From the human T2T-CHM13v2.0 reference genome, Homo sapiens, in the NCBI RefSeq assembly GCF_009914755.1, contig NC_060948.1: a DNA stretch of 64,000 nucleotides; one strand, given 5' to 3'. The translations under genes and the position numbers were made by a program. Below, in pieces: positions 1 to 16,955 of this stretch. Below the pieces are notes generated by a model, which was given only the letters and a program-made list of their open reading frames with translations, was not told the DNA's origin and did not search any database. Within the stretch, counting starts at the first letter, position 1, and each line of letters opens with the position of its first letter.

Positions 1-37
1 TGGCCTCCAAATTTGCTGGGATTACAGGCCTGAGCCA
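1..37 (-). mobile_element. Alu SINE fragment (5' end, cut by window edge)
   Basis: tggcctccaaatttgctgggattacaggcctgagcca is the reverse complement of the Alu left-arm start. Confidence 0.85.
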
Positions 38-608
38 AGATCCATATTTTTTAAATGAAAAAAAATTTCAAAGGTACTCTGCTTGGTACAATAATCAAAT
101 GTATAAACTGAGGAATAAAACATAACCATGAAACCTACTTATAACTGCATATGGAAAATACAGAGGATAATTTTTTAAATAACATATTTTGAAAGCCTTA
201 ACTAGTAATTTGAAGAGCTGGCATTTGAAAGGCCTGTATGAATATACCTTCAAAGCAGCAACACAGGTTCCCCATGAGAAAAAGCAAACACAGGGAAAAT
301 AAAAACACAAAGGTTCAATCTCTTCTGACCTTTGAAAGACACAGCACAGACAGTGGTCCTTAGGACGAAGAGCAGGAGACCCCTAATTCCGTCACCATGG
401 CGATAGGGCATAAACATTGCTGGGTGAGGGCACAATCCACATTGTGAGGTCCAACTGCTGCCAGGAAGACAGGAGTGCTTTTACATAGAGCGAAAGGTCA
501 TTGAAGGCTCAGAGTTTTGTTTCAAGAACTGAATCCCAAGCCCACACGTTATTAGGCTGCGCTTCTTAAAACAAGTTATGAGATGGGAAAAAGGGCACCC
601 ACAAACAT
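38..608. repeat. HSATI-type subunit of the monomer (representative copy; recurs in the first ~570 bp of every monomer)
   Basis: Higher-complexity segment between the Alu 5' end and the AT-rich block, nearly identical in all 27 copies. The name is assigned from the known DYZ2 composition, and the right boundary is approximate. Confidence 0.75.
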
Positions 609-2158
609 ACGTATACATTATGTATATAATAATATACAGTATCATATATATAATATATATAACCTATGTATAATATTGTTTTACATCCTGCATCTTATGT
701 TATATATATTGTATAAAATATAATAATTGATAATATATAAGTTTTATAATTATACAATATGACATATAGTATATATTATAATTTATGACATATATACTAT
801 ATGTTATATATCATATATAGAATATATTATACGGTTAATATACGTATTAAATATAAATTATACATTATATATATTATATATAATATATCTGTTATATATA
901 ATACCCATTATGCATAATATATATATTATGTCTATGTTATATATAGTATAAAACAACATATAATAATATATAATTGTATATATAAAATGCGACATATAAT
1001 ATATATTATATTTTATAACATATGTAATATATATTATATATTATATATAATACGTTGTATGTATAATACCTATATTAAATATATATTATATGACTATGTT
1101 ATTAATTACATGTCACATGTGTTATATATTATATATTTTACATAGAATATACCGGTTACATACAATATATACTATGTTACCTATAATATATAATTTATTA
1201 CATGTAAAATAAAGAATGCAATATATTATGTATAATTTATAATATACAATATGTGGAATGTGATATATATAACATATAATATATGATATATGATATACAG
1301 TATATGATATATAACATACGATATATGATTCCTAATATATATGGTATAAAATATATATTTTATGATATGTATTCTATGTGTTTTATATTCTGTTATATAT
1401 AACTATTTGAAATTATATATAACTGTATAATATTTTATGTAAATATGTAATATAATATATATAACTATATAATATATTATATATAACTATATATTATGTT
1501 ATATATACTTTTATAACATAATTTACATAAAATATCATAATATAATATATATTATATTATTTCATATTACATAATATATATTACATATCACCCAATATAA
1601 CTAACATACATAATATTATAATATAGATTATATTGTGTTATATTAAATATCATATATATCATGTATCATATATTCTATAATATATATTACACATTATATA
1701 ATATGTATGTTGTCTATTATGTGATATATATAACTATATATATAATTATATTTTTATACATATAACTAGATAAACATGTAATTCTACATATTTTCATTTA
1801 TAATATGTAGAATTATATAATCATATATAATTATTTATATTCTATAAAAAATTTTATCATTATATAAATTATAATATATAAAAATTATAATATGTACTAC
1901 AAATATATATATTATATATGATATAGTACCTTTGTTATATATCATAATACATATAAATGTGTATTATGTTATCTATAATTATATAATTTCATATATAAGA
2001 TGTATAATATGTATCATATATTATATATGTTATGTAATATATATAGTATATATAAGATGACACAGGATAAATATTATATACTATGACATATAAAATATAT
2101 GAGGTTATATGTTACATATAAGGCATAGCACATAACATGTAATATATATCATATATAA
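609..2158. repeat. AT-rich low-complexity subunit, degenerate (AT)n/(TATAA)n/(ATATATG)n (representative copy; present in every monomer)
   Basis: About 1.55 kb dominated by A/T with alternating TA tracts. Nearly all monomer length polymorphisms map here. Confidence 0.9.
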
Positions 2159-2449
2159 TTTTTTTTTAGACAGAATCTTGTCCTGTTGCACAGGGTGGGG
2201 TACAATGGCGCCATCTTTGCTCACTGCAACTTCTGCCTCACGGGTCCAAGCGATTGTCCTCCCTCAGCCTCCAGGTAGCTGGGACTACACCACACTGGGA
2301 CTACACCAGCTGCCACCATGCCTAGCTAATTTTTTGGATTTTTAGTAGTGACAGCGTTTCACTGTATTGGCCAGGATGGTCTTGATCTCTTCACCTTGTG
2401 ATCCCCTTGCCTTGGCCTCCAAATTTGCTGGGATTACAGACCTGAGCCA
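2159..2449 (-). mobile_element. Diverged Alu SINE embedded in the satellite monomer (5' truncated by ~12 nt, A9 tail)
   Basis: T9 + agacagaatcttg...gctcactgcaac...cctcagcctcc...gctgggactaca...gctaattttt...tttttagtag...ggatggtcttgatctc...gctgggattaca...tgagcca is an antisense dimeric Alu. It was amplified passively with the satellite. Confidence 0.95.
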
Positions 2450-4554
2450 AGATCCATATTTTTTAAATGAAAAAAAATTTCAAAGGTACTCTGCTTGGTA
2501 CAATAATCAAATGTATAAACTGAGGAATAAAACATAACCATGAAACCTACTTATAACTGCATATGGAAAATACAGAGGATAATTTTTTAAATAACATATT
2601 TTGAAAGCCTTAACTAGTAATTTGAAGAGTTGGCATTTGAAAGGCCAGTATGAATATACCTTCAAAGCAGCAACACAGGTTCCCCATGAGAAAAAGCAAA
2701 CACAGGGAAAATAAAAACACAAAGGTTCAATCTCTTCTGACCTTTGAAAGACACAGCACAGACAGTGGTCCTTAGGACGAAGAGCAGGAGACCCCTAATT
2801 CCGTCACCATGGCGATAGGGCATAAACATTGCTGGGTGAGGGCACAATCCACATTGTGAGGTCCAACTGCTGCCAGGAAGACAGGAGTGCTTTTACATAG
2901 ACCGAAAGGTCATTGAAGGCTCAGAGTTTTGTTTCAAGAACTGAATCCCAAGCCCACACGTTATTAGGCTGCGCTTCTTAAAACAAGTTATGAGATGGGA
3001 AAAAGGGCACCCACAAACATACCTATACATTATGTATATAATAATATACAGTATCATATATATAATATATATAACCTATGTATAATATTGTTTTACATCC
3101 TGCATCTTATGTTATATATATTGTATAAAATATAATAATTGATAATATATAAGTTTTATAATTATACAATATGACATATAGTATATATTGTAATTTATGA
3201 CATATATAATATATGTTATATATCATATATAGAATATATTATACGGTTAATATACGTATTAAATATAAATTATACATTATATATATTATATATAATATAT
3301 CTGTTATATATAATACCCATTATGCATAATATATATATTATGTCTATGTTATATATAGTATAAAACAACATATAATAATATATAATTGTATATATAAAAT
3401 GCGACATATAATATATATTATATTTTATAACATATGTAATATATATTATATATTATATATAATACGTTGTATGTATAATACCTATATTAAATATATATTA
3501 TATGACTATGTTATTAATTACATGTCACATGTGTTATATATTATATATTTTACATAGAATATACCGGTTACATACAATATATACTATGTTACCTATAATG
3601 TATAATTTATTACATGTAAAATAAAGAATGCAATATATTATGTATAATTTATAATATACCATATGTGGAATGTGATATATATAAGATATAATATATGATA
3701 TATGATATACAGTATATGATATATAACATACAATATATGATTCCTAATATATATGGTATACAATATATATTTTATGATATGTATTCTATATGTTTTATAT
3801 TCTGTTATATATAACTATTTTAAATTATATATAACTGTATAATATTTTATGTAAATATGTAATATAATATATATAACTATATAATATATTATATATAACT
3901 ATATATTATGTTATATATACTTTTATAACATAATTTACATAAAATATCATAATATAACATATATTATATTATTTCATATTACATAATATATATTACATAT
4001 CACCCAATATAACTAACATACATAATATTATAATATAGATTATATTATGTTATATTAAATATCATATATATCATGTATCATATATTCTATAATATATATT
4101 ACACATTATATAATATGTATGTTGTCTATTATGTGATATATACAACTATATATATAATTATATTTTTATACATATAACTAGATAAACATGTAATTCTACA
4201 TGTTTTCATTTATAATATGTAGAATTATATAATCATATATAATTATTTATATTCTATATAAAATTTTATCATTATATAAATTATAATATATAAAAATTAT
4301 AATATGTACTACAAATATATATATTATATATCATATATGCTATAGTACCTTTGTTATATATCATAATACATATAAATGTGTATTATGTTATCTATAATTA
4401 TATAATTTCATATATAAGTTGTATAATATGTATCATATATTATATATGTTATGTAATATATATAGTATATATAAGATGACACAGGATAAATATTATATAC
4501 TATGACATATAAAATATATGAGGTTATATGTTACATATAAGGCATAGCACATAA

Positions 4555-4869
<315 letters not shown>

Positions 4870-6974
4870 AGATCCATATTTTTTAAATGAAAAAAAATTT
4901 CAAAGGTACTCTGCTTGGTACAATAATCAAATGTATAAACTGAGGAATAAAACATAACCATGAAACCTACTTATAACTGCATATGGAAAATACAGAGGAT
5001 AATTTTTTAAATAACATATTTTGAAAGCCTTAACTAGTAATTTGAAGAGTTGGCATTTGAAAGACCAGTATGAATATACCTTCAAAGCAGCAACACAGGT
5101 TCCCCATGAGAAAAAGCAAACACAGGGAAAATAAAAACACAAAGGTTCAATCTCTTCTGACCTTTGAAAGACACAGCACAGACAGTGGTCCTTAGGACGA
5201 AGAGCAGGAGACCCCTAATTCCGTCACCATGGCGATAGGGCATAAACATTGCTGGGTGAGGGCACAATCCACATTGTGAGGTCCAACTGCTGCCAGGAAG
5301 ACAGGAGTGCTTTTACATAGACCGAAAAGTCATTGAAGGCTCAGAGTTTTGTTTCAAGAACTGAATCCCAAGCCCACACGTTATTAGGCTGCGCTTCTTA
5401 AAACAAGTTATGAGATGGGAAAAAGGGCACCCACAAACATACGTATACATTATGTATATAATAATATACAGTGTCATATATATAATATATATAACCTATG
5501 TATAATATTGTTTTACATCCTGCATCTTATGTTATATATATTGTATAAAATATAATAATTGATAATATATAAGTTTTATAATTATACAATATGACATATA
5601 GTATATATTATAATTTATGACATATATAATATATGTTATATGTCATATATAGAATATATTATACGGTTAATATACGTATTAAATATAAATTATACATTAT
5701 ATATATTATATATAATATATCTGTTATATATAATACCCATTATGCATAATATATATATTATGTCTATGTTATATATAGTATAAAACAACATATAATAATA
5801 TATAATTGTATATATAAAATGCGACATATAATATATATTATATTTTATAACATATGTAATATATATTATATATTATATATAATACGTTGTATGTATAATA
5901 CCTATATTAAATATATATTATATGACTATGTTATTAATTACATGTCACATGTGTTATATATTATATATTTTACATAGAATATACCGGTTACATACAATAT
6001 ATACTATGTTACCTATAATGTATAATTTATTACATGTAAAATAAAGAATGCAATATATTATGTAAAATTTATAATATACCATATGTGGAATGTGATATAT
6101 ATAACATATAATATATGATATATGATATACAGTGTATGATATATAACATACAATATATGATTCCTAATATATATGGTATACAATATATATTTTATTATAT
6201 GTATTCTATATGTTTTATATTCTGTTATATATAACTATTTGAAATTATATATAACTGTATAATATTTTATGTAAATATGTAATATAATATATATAACTAT
6301 ATAATATATTTTATATAACTATATATTATGTTATATATACTTTTATAACATAATTTACATAAAATATCATAATATAATATATATTATATTATTTCATATT
6401 ACATAATATATATTACATATCACCCAATATAACTAACATACATAATATTATAATATAGATTATATTATGTTATATTAAATATCATATATATCATGTATCA
6501 TATATTCTATAATATATATTACACATTATATAATATGTATGTTGTCTATTATGTGATATATATAACTCTATATATAATTATATTTTTATACATATAACTA
6601 GATAAACATGTAATTCTACATATTTTCATTTATAATATGTAGAATTATATAATCATATATAATTATTTATATTCTATAAAAAATTTTATCATTATATAAA
6701 TTATAATATATAAAAATTATAATATGTACTACAAATATATATATTATATATCATATATGATATAGTACCTTTGTTATATATCATAATACATATAAATGTG
6801 TATTATGTTATCTATAATTATATAATTTCATATATAAGATGTATAATATGTATCATATATTATATATGTTATGTAATATATATAGTATATATAAGATGAC
6901 AAAGGATAAATATTATATACTATGACATATAAAATATATGAGGTTATATGTTACATATAAGGCATAGCACATAA

Positions 6975-7289
<315 letters not shown>

Positions 7290-9393
7290 AGATCCATATT
7301 TTTTAAATGAAAAAAAATTTCAAAGGTACTCTGCTTGGTACAATAATCAAATGTATAAACTGAGGAATAAAACATAACCATGAAACCTACTTATAACTGC
7401 ATATGGAAAATACAGAGGATAATTTTTTAAATAACATATTTTGAAAGCCTTAACTAGTAATTTGAAGAGTTGGCATTTGAAAGGCCAGTATGAATATACC
7501 TTCAAAGCAGCAACACAGGTTCCCCATGAGAAAAAGCAAACACAGGGAAAATAAAAACACAAAGGTTCAATCTCTTCTGACCTTTGAAAGACACAGCACA
7601 GACAGTGGTCCTTAGGACGAAGAGCAGGAGACCCCTAATTCCGTCACCATGGCGATAGGGCATAAACACTGCTGGGTGAGGGCACAATCCACATTGTGAG
7701 GTCCAACTGCTGCCAGGAAGACAGGAGTGCTTTTACATAGACCGAAAGGTCATTGAAGGCTCAGAGTTTTGTTTCAAGAACTGAATCCCAAGCCCACACG
7801 TTATTAGGCTGCGCTTCTTAAAACAAGTTATGAGATGGGAAAAAGGGCACCCACAAACATACCTATACATTATGTATATAATAATATACAGTGTCATATA
7901 TATAATATATATAACCTATGTATAATATTGTTTTACATCCTGCATCTTATGTTATATATATTGTATAAAATATAACAATTGAAAATATATAAGTTTTATA
8001 ATTATACAATATGACATATAGTATATATTATAATTTATGACATATATAATATATGTTATATGTCATATATAGAATATATTATACGGTTAATATACGTATT
8101 AAATATAAATTATACATTATATATATTATATATAATATATCTGTTATATATAATAACCATTATGCATAATATATATATTATGTCTATGTTATATATAGTA
8201 TAAAACAACATATAATAATATATAATTGTATATGTAAAATGCGACATATAATATATATTATATTTTATAACATATGTAATATATATTTTATATTATATAT
8301 AATACGTTGTATGTATAATACCTATATTAAATATATATTATATGACTATGTTATTAATTACATGTCACATGTGTTATATATTATATATTTTACATAGAAT
8401 ATACCGGTTGCATACAATATATACTATGTTACCTATAATGTATAATTTATTACATGTAAAATAAAGAATGCAATATATTATGTATAATTTATAATATACC
8501 ATACGTGGAATGTGATATATATAACATATAATATATGATATATGATATACAGTATATGATATATAACATACGATATATGATTCCTAATATATATGGTATA
8601 CAATATATATTTTATGATATGTATTCTATGTGTTTTATATTCTGTTATATATAACTATTTGAAATTATATATAACTGTATAATATTTTATGTAAATATGT
8701 AATATAATATATATAACTATATAATATATTATATATAACTATATATTATGTTATATATACTTTTATAACATAATTTACATAAAATATCATAATATAATAT
8801 ATATTATATTATTTCATATTACATAATATATATTACATATCACCCAATATAACTAACATACATAATATTATAATATAGATTATATTGTGTTATATTAATT
8901 ATCATATATATCATGTATCATATATTCTATAATATATATTACACATTATATAATATGTATGTTGTCTATTATGTGATATATATAACTATATATATAATTA
9001 TATTTTTATACATATAACTAGATAAACATGTAATTCTACATATTTTCATTTATAATATGTAGAATTATATAATCATATATAATTATTTATATTCTATAAA
9101 AATTTTATCATTATATAAATTATAATATATAAAAATTATAATATGTACTACAAATATATATATTATATATCATATATGATATAGTACCTTTGTTATATAT
9201 AATAATACATATAAATGTGTATTATGTTATCTATAATTATATAATTTCATATATAAGATGTATAATATGTATCATATATTATATATGTTATGTAATATAT
9301 ATAGTATATATAAGATGACAAAGGATAAATATTATATACTATGACATATAAAATATATGAGGTTATATGTTACATATAAGGCATAGCACATAA

Positions 9394-9708
<315 letters not shown>

Positions 9709-11811
9709 AGATCCATATTTTTTAAATGAAAAAAAATTTCAAAGGTACTCTGCTTGGTACAATAATCAAATGTATAAACTGAGGAATAAAACATAACCAT
9801 GAAACCTACTTATAACTGCATATGGAAAATACAGAGGATAATTTTTTAAATAACATATTTTGAAAGCCTTAACTAGTAATTTGAAGAGTTGGCATTTGAA
9901 AGGCCAGTATGAATATACCTTCAAAGCAGCAACACAGGTTCCCCATGAGAAAAAGCAAACACAGGGAAAATAAAAACACAAAGGTTCAATCTCTTCTGAC
10001 CTTTGAAAGACACAACACAGACAGTGGTCCTTAGGACGAAGAGCAGGAGACCCCTAATTCCGTCACCATGGCGATAGGGCATAAACACTGCTGGGTGAGG
10101 GCACAATCCACATTGTGAGGTCCAACTGCTGCCAGGAAGACAGGAGTGCTTTTACATAGACCGAAAGGTCATTGAAGGCTCAGAGTTTTGTTTCAAGAAC
10201 TGAATCCCAAGCCCACACGTTATTAGGCTGCGCTTCTTAAAACAAGTTATGAGATGGGAAAAAGGGCACCCACAAACATACGTATACATTATGTATATAA
10301 TAATATACAGTGTCATATATATAATATATATAACCTATGTATAATATTGTTTTACATCCTGCATCTTATGTTATATATATTGTATAAAATATAATAATTG
10401 ATAATATATAAGTTTTATAATTATACAATATGACATATAGTATATATTATAATTTATGACATATATAATATATGTTATATGTCATATATAGAATATATTA
10501 TACGGTTAATATACGTATTAAATATAAATTATACATTATATATATTATATATAATATATCTGTTATATATAATAACCATTATGCATAATATATATATTAT
10601 GTCTATGTTATATATAGTATAAAACAACATATAATAATATATAATTGTATATGTAAAATGCGACATATAATATATATTATATTTTATAACATATGTAATA
10701 TATATTTTATATTATATATAATACGTTGTATGTATAATACCTATATTAAATATATATTATATGACTATGTTATTAATTACATGTCACATGTGTTATATAT
10801 TATATATTTTACATAGAATATACCGGTTGCATACAATATATACTATGTTACCTATAATGTATAATTTATTACATGTAAAATAAAGAATGCAATATATTAT
10901 GTATAATTTATAATATACCATATGTGGAATGTGATATATATAACATATAATATATGATATATGATATACAGTATATGATATATAACATACGATATATGAT
11001 TCCTAATATATATGGTATACAATATATATTTTATGATATGTATTCTATGTGTTTTATATTCTCTTATATATAACTATTTGAAATTATATATAACTGTATA
11101 ATATTTTATGTAAATATGTAATATAATATATATAACTATATAATATATTTTATATAACTATATATTATGTTATATATACTTTTATAACATAATTTACATA
11201 AAATATCATAATATAATATATATTATATTATTTCATATTACATAATATATATTACATATCACCCAATATAACTAACATACATAATATTATAATATAGATT
11301 ATATTATGTTATATTAAATATCATATATATCATGTATCATATATTCTATAATATATATTACACATTATATAATATGTGTGTTGTCTATTATGTGATATAT
11401 ATAACAATATATATAATTATATTTTTATACATATAACTAGATAAACATGTAATTCTACAAATTTTCATTTATAATATGTAGAATTATATAATCATATATA
11501 ATTATTTATATTCTATAAAAAATTTTATCATTATATATATTATAATATATAAAAATTATAATATGTACTACAAATATATATTATATATCATATATGATAT
11601 AGTACCTTTGTTATATATCATAATACATATAAATGTGTATTATGTTATCTATAATTATATAATTTCATATATAAGATGTATAATATGTATCATATATTAT
11701 ATATGTTATGTAATATATATAGTATATATAAGATGACACAGGATAAATATTATGTACTATGATATATAAAATATATCAGGTTATATGTTACATATAAGGC
11801 ATAGCACATAA

Positions 11812-12126
<315 letters not shown>

Positions 12127-14252
12127 AGATCCATATTTTTTAAATGAAAAAAAATTTCAAAGGTACTCTGCGTGGTACAATAATCAAATGTATATACTGA
12201 GGAATAAAACATAACCATGAAACCTACTTATAACTGCATATGGAAAATACAGAGGATAATTTTTTAAATAACATATTTTGAAAGCCTTAACTAGTAATTA
12301 GAAGAGTTGGCATTTGAAAGGCCAGTATGAATATACCTTCAAAGCAGCAACACAGGTTCCCCATGAGAAAAAGCAAACACAGGGAAAATAAAAACACAAA
12401 GGTTCAATCTCTTCTGACCTTTGAAAGACACAGCACAGACAGTGGTCCTTAGGACGAAGAGCAGGAGACCCCTAATTCCGTCACCATGGCGATAGGGCAT
12501 AAACATTGCTGGGTGAGGGCACAATCCACATTGTGAGGTCCAACTGCTGCCAGGAAGACAGGAGTGCTTTTACATAGACCGAAAGGTCATTGAAGGCTCA
12601 GAGTTTTGTTTCAAGAACTGAATCCCAAGCCCACACGTTATTAGGCTGCGCTTCTTAAAACAAGTTATGAGATGGGAAAAAGGGCACCCACAAACATACG
12701 TATACATTATGTATATAATAATATACAGTATCATATATATAATATATATAACCTATGTATAATATTGTTTTACATCCTGCATCTTATGTTATATATATTG
12801 TATAAAATATAATAATTGATAACATAGAAGTTTTATAATTATACAATATGACATATAGTATATATTATAATTTATGACATATATAATATATGTTATATAT
12901 CATATATGGAATATATTATACGGTTAATATACGTATTAAATATAAATTATACATTATATATATTATATATGATATATCTGTTATATATAATACCCATTAT
13001 GCATAATATATATATTATGTCTACGTTATATATAGTATAAAACAACATATAATAATATATAATTGTATATATAAAATGCGACATATAATATATATTATAT
13101 TTTATAACATATGTAATATATATTATATATTATATATAATACGTTGTATGTATAATACCTATATTAAATATATATTATATGACTATGTTATTAATTACAT
13201 GTCACATGTGTTATATATTATATATTTCACATAGAATATACCGGTTACATACAATATATACTATGTTACCTATAATGTATAATTTATTACATGTAAAATA
13301 AAGAATGCAATATATTATGTATAATTTATAATATACAATATGTGGAATGTGATATATGTAACATATAATATATGATATATGATATACAGTATATGATATA
13401 TAACATACAATATATGATTCCTAATATATATGGTATACAATATATATTTTATGATATGTATTCTATATGTTTTATATTCTGTTATATATAACTATTTGAA
13501 ATTATATATAACTGTATAATATTTTATGTAAATATGTAATATAATATATATAACTATATAATATATTATATATAACTATATATTATGTTATATATACTTT
13601 TATAACATAATTTACATAAAATATCATAATATAATATATATTATATTATTTCATATTACATAATATATATTACATATCACCCAATATAACTAACATACAT
13701 AATATTATAATATAGATTATATTATGTTATATTAAATATCATATATATCATGTATCATATATTCTATAATATATATTACACATTATATAATATGTATGTT
13801 GTCTATTATGTGATATATATAACTATATATAATTATATTTTTATACATATAACTAGATAAACATGTAATTCTACATATTTTCATTTATAATATGTAGAAT
13901 TATATAATCATATATAATTATTTATATTCTATAAAAAATTTTATCATTATATAAATTATAATATATAAAAATTATAATATGTACTACAAATATATATATT
14001 ATATATCATATATGATATAGTACCTTTGTTATATATCATAATACATATAAATGTGTATTATGTTATCTATAATTATATAATTTCATATATAAGATGTATA
14101 ATATGTATCATACATTATATATGTTATGTAATATATATAGTATATATAAGATGACACAGGATAAATATTATATATTATGACATATAAAATATATGAGGTT
14201 ATATGTTACATATAAGGCATAGCACATAACATGTAATATATATCATATATAA

Positions 14253-14544
14253 TTTTTTTTTAGACAGAATCTTGTCCTGTTGCACAGGGTGGGGTACAAT
14301 GGTGCCATCTTTGCTCACTGCAACTTCTGCCTCACGGGTCCAAGCGATTGTCCTCCCTCAGCCTCCCAGGTAGCTGGGACTACACCACACTGGGACTACA
14401 CCAGCTGCCACCATGCCTAGCTAATTTTTTGGATTTTTAGTAGTGACAGCGTTTCACTGTATTGGCCAGGATGGTCTTGATCTCTTCACCTTGTGATCCC
14501 CTTGCCTTGGCCTCCAAATTTGCTGGGATTACAGGCCTGAGCCA
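14253..14544 (-). mobile_element. Diverged Alu SINE in satellite monomer
   Basis: Near-identical copy; carries the ggtgcc variant at 14303. Confidence 0.95.
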
Positions 14545-16640
14545 AGATCCATATTTTTTAAATGAAAAAAAATTTCAAAGGTACTCTGCTTGGTACAATA
14601 ATCAAATGTATAAACTGAGGAATAAAACATAACCATGAAACCTACTTATAACTGCATATGGAAAATACAGAGGATAATTTTTTAAATAACATATTTTGAA
14701 AGCCTTAACTAGTAATTTGAAGAGTTGGCATTTGAAAGGCCAGTATGAATATACCTTCAAAGCAGCAACACAGGTTCCCCATGAGAAAAAGCAAACACAG
14801 GGAAAATAAAAACACAAAGGTTCAATCTCTTCTGACCTTTGAAAGACACAGCACAGACAGTGGTCCTTAGGACGAAGAGCAGGAGACCCCTAATTCCGTC
14901 ACCATGGCGATAGGGCATAAACATTGCTGGATGAGGGCACAATCCACATTGTGAGGTCCAACTGCTGCCAGGAAGACAGGAGTGCTTTTACATAGACCGA
15001 AAGGTCATTGAAGGCTCAGAGTTTTGTTTCAAGAACTGAATCCCAAGCCCACACGATATTAGGCTGCGCTTCTTAAAACAAGTTATGAGATGGGAAAAAG
15101 GGCACCCACAAACATACGTATACATTATGTATATAATAATATACAGTATCATATATATAATATATATAACCTATGTATAATATTGTTTTACATCCTGCAT
15201 CTTATGTTATATATATTGTATAAAATATAATAATTGATAATATATAAGTTTTATATTTATACAATATGACATATAGTATATATTATAATTTATGACATAT
15301 ATAATATATGTTATATATCATATATGGAATATATTATACGGTTAATATACGTATTAAATATAAATTATACATTATATATATTATATATGATATGTCTGTT
15401 ATATATAATACCCATTATGCATAATATATATATTATGTCTACGTTATATATAGTATAAAACAACATATAATAATATATAATTGTATATATAAAATGCGAC
15501 ATATAATATATATTATATTTTATAACATATGTAATATATATTATATATTATATATAATACGTTGTATGTATAATACCTATATTAAATATATATTATATGA
15601 CTATGTTATTAATTACATGTCACATGTGTTATATATTATATATTTCACATAGAATATACCGGTTACATACAATATATACTATGTTACCTATAATGTATAA
15701 TTTATTACATGTAAAATAAAGAATGCAATATATTATGCATAATTTATAATATACAATATGTGGAATGTGATATATGTAACATATAATATATGATATATGA
15801 TATACAGTATATGATATATAACATACAATATATGATTCCTAATATATATGGTATACAATATATATTTTATGATATGTATTCTATATGTTTTATATTCTGT
15901 TATATATAACTATTTGAAATTATATATAACTGTATAATATTTTATGTAAATATGTAATATAATATATATAACTATATAATATATTATATATAACTATATA
16001 TTATGTTATATATACTTTTATAACATAATTTACATAAAATATCATAATATAATATATATTATATTATTTCATATTACATAATATATATTACATATCACCC
16101 AATATAACTAACATACATAATATTATAATATAGATTATATTATGTTATATTAAATATCATATATATCATGTATCATATATTCTATAATATATATTACACA
16201 TTATATAATATGTATGTTGTCTATTATGTGATATATATAACTATATATAATTATATTTTTATACATATAACTAGATAAACATGTAATTCTACATATTTTC
16301 ATTTATAATATGTAGAATTATATAATCATATATAATTATTTATATTCTATAAAAAATTTTATCATTATATAAATTATAATATATAAAAATTATAATATGT
16401 ACTACAAATATATATATCATATATGATATAGTACCTTTGTTATATATCATAATACATATAAATATGTATTATGTTATCTATAATTATATAATTTCATATA
16501 TAAGATGTATAATATGTATCATATATTATATATGTTATGTAATATATATAGTATATATAAGATGACACAGGATAAATATTATATACTATGACATATAAAA
16601 TATATGAGGTTATATGTTACATATAAGGCATAGCACATAA

Positions 16641-16955
<315 letters not shown>

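Noticed and set aside
95-435. Recurrent 71 aa and 61 aa minus-strand ORFs in nearly every monomer
   Set aside because: They are short and overlapping, with no recognisable domain and the Cys/Phe/Tyr bias expected of A-rich antisense DNA. The 71 aa ORF is broken by stops in M6 and M19. Their conservation reflects satellite homogenisation only.
609-2158. TATA boxes, AATAAA signals, or an organellar or Plasmodium-like AT-rich origin
   Set aside because: Such motifs are expected by chance at this AT content. The block is an integral part of an Alu-bearing primate satellite.
609-2158. Long PATRR-type perfect palindrome
   Set aside because: Only short self-complementary words were visible (e.g. 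acatgt, taccggtt region, TA runs). I could not identify long inverted arms by eye, and an einverted run would be needed.
2159-2449. Active Alu or Pol III ncRNA gene array
   Set aside because: The 5' end is truncated, the B box is CpG-decayed (GATCAAGAC), the tail is only A9 and the body is heavily diverged. Copies share identical flanks, so they spread by tandem amplification rather than retrotransposition. Transcription cannot be shown from sequence.
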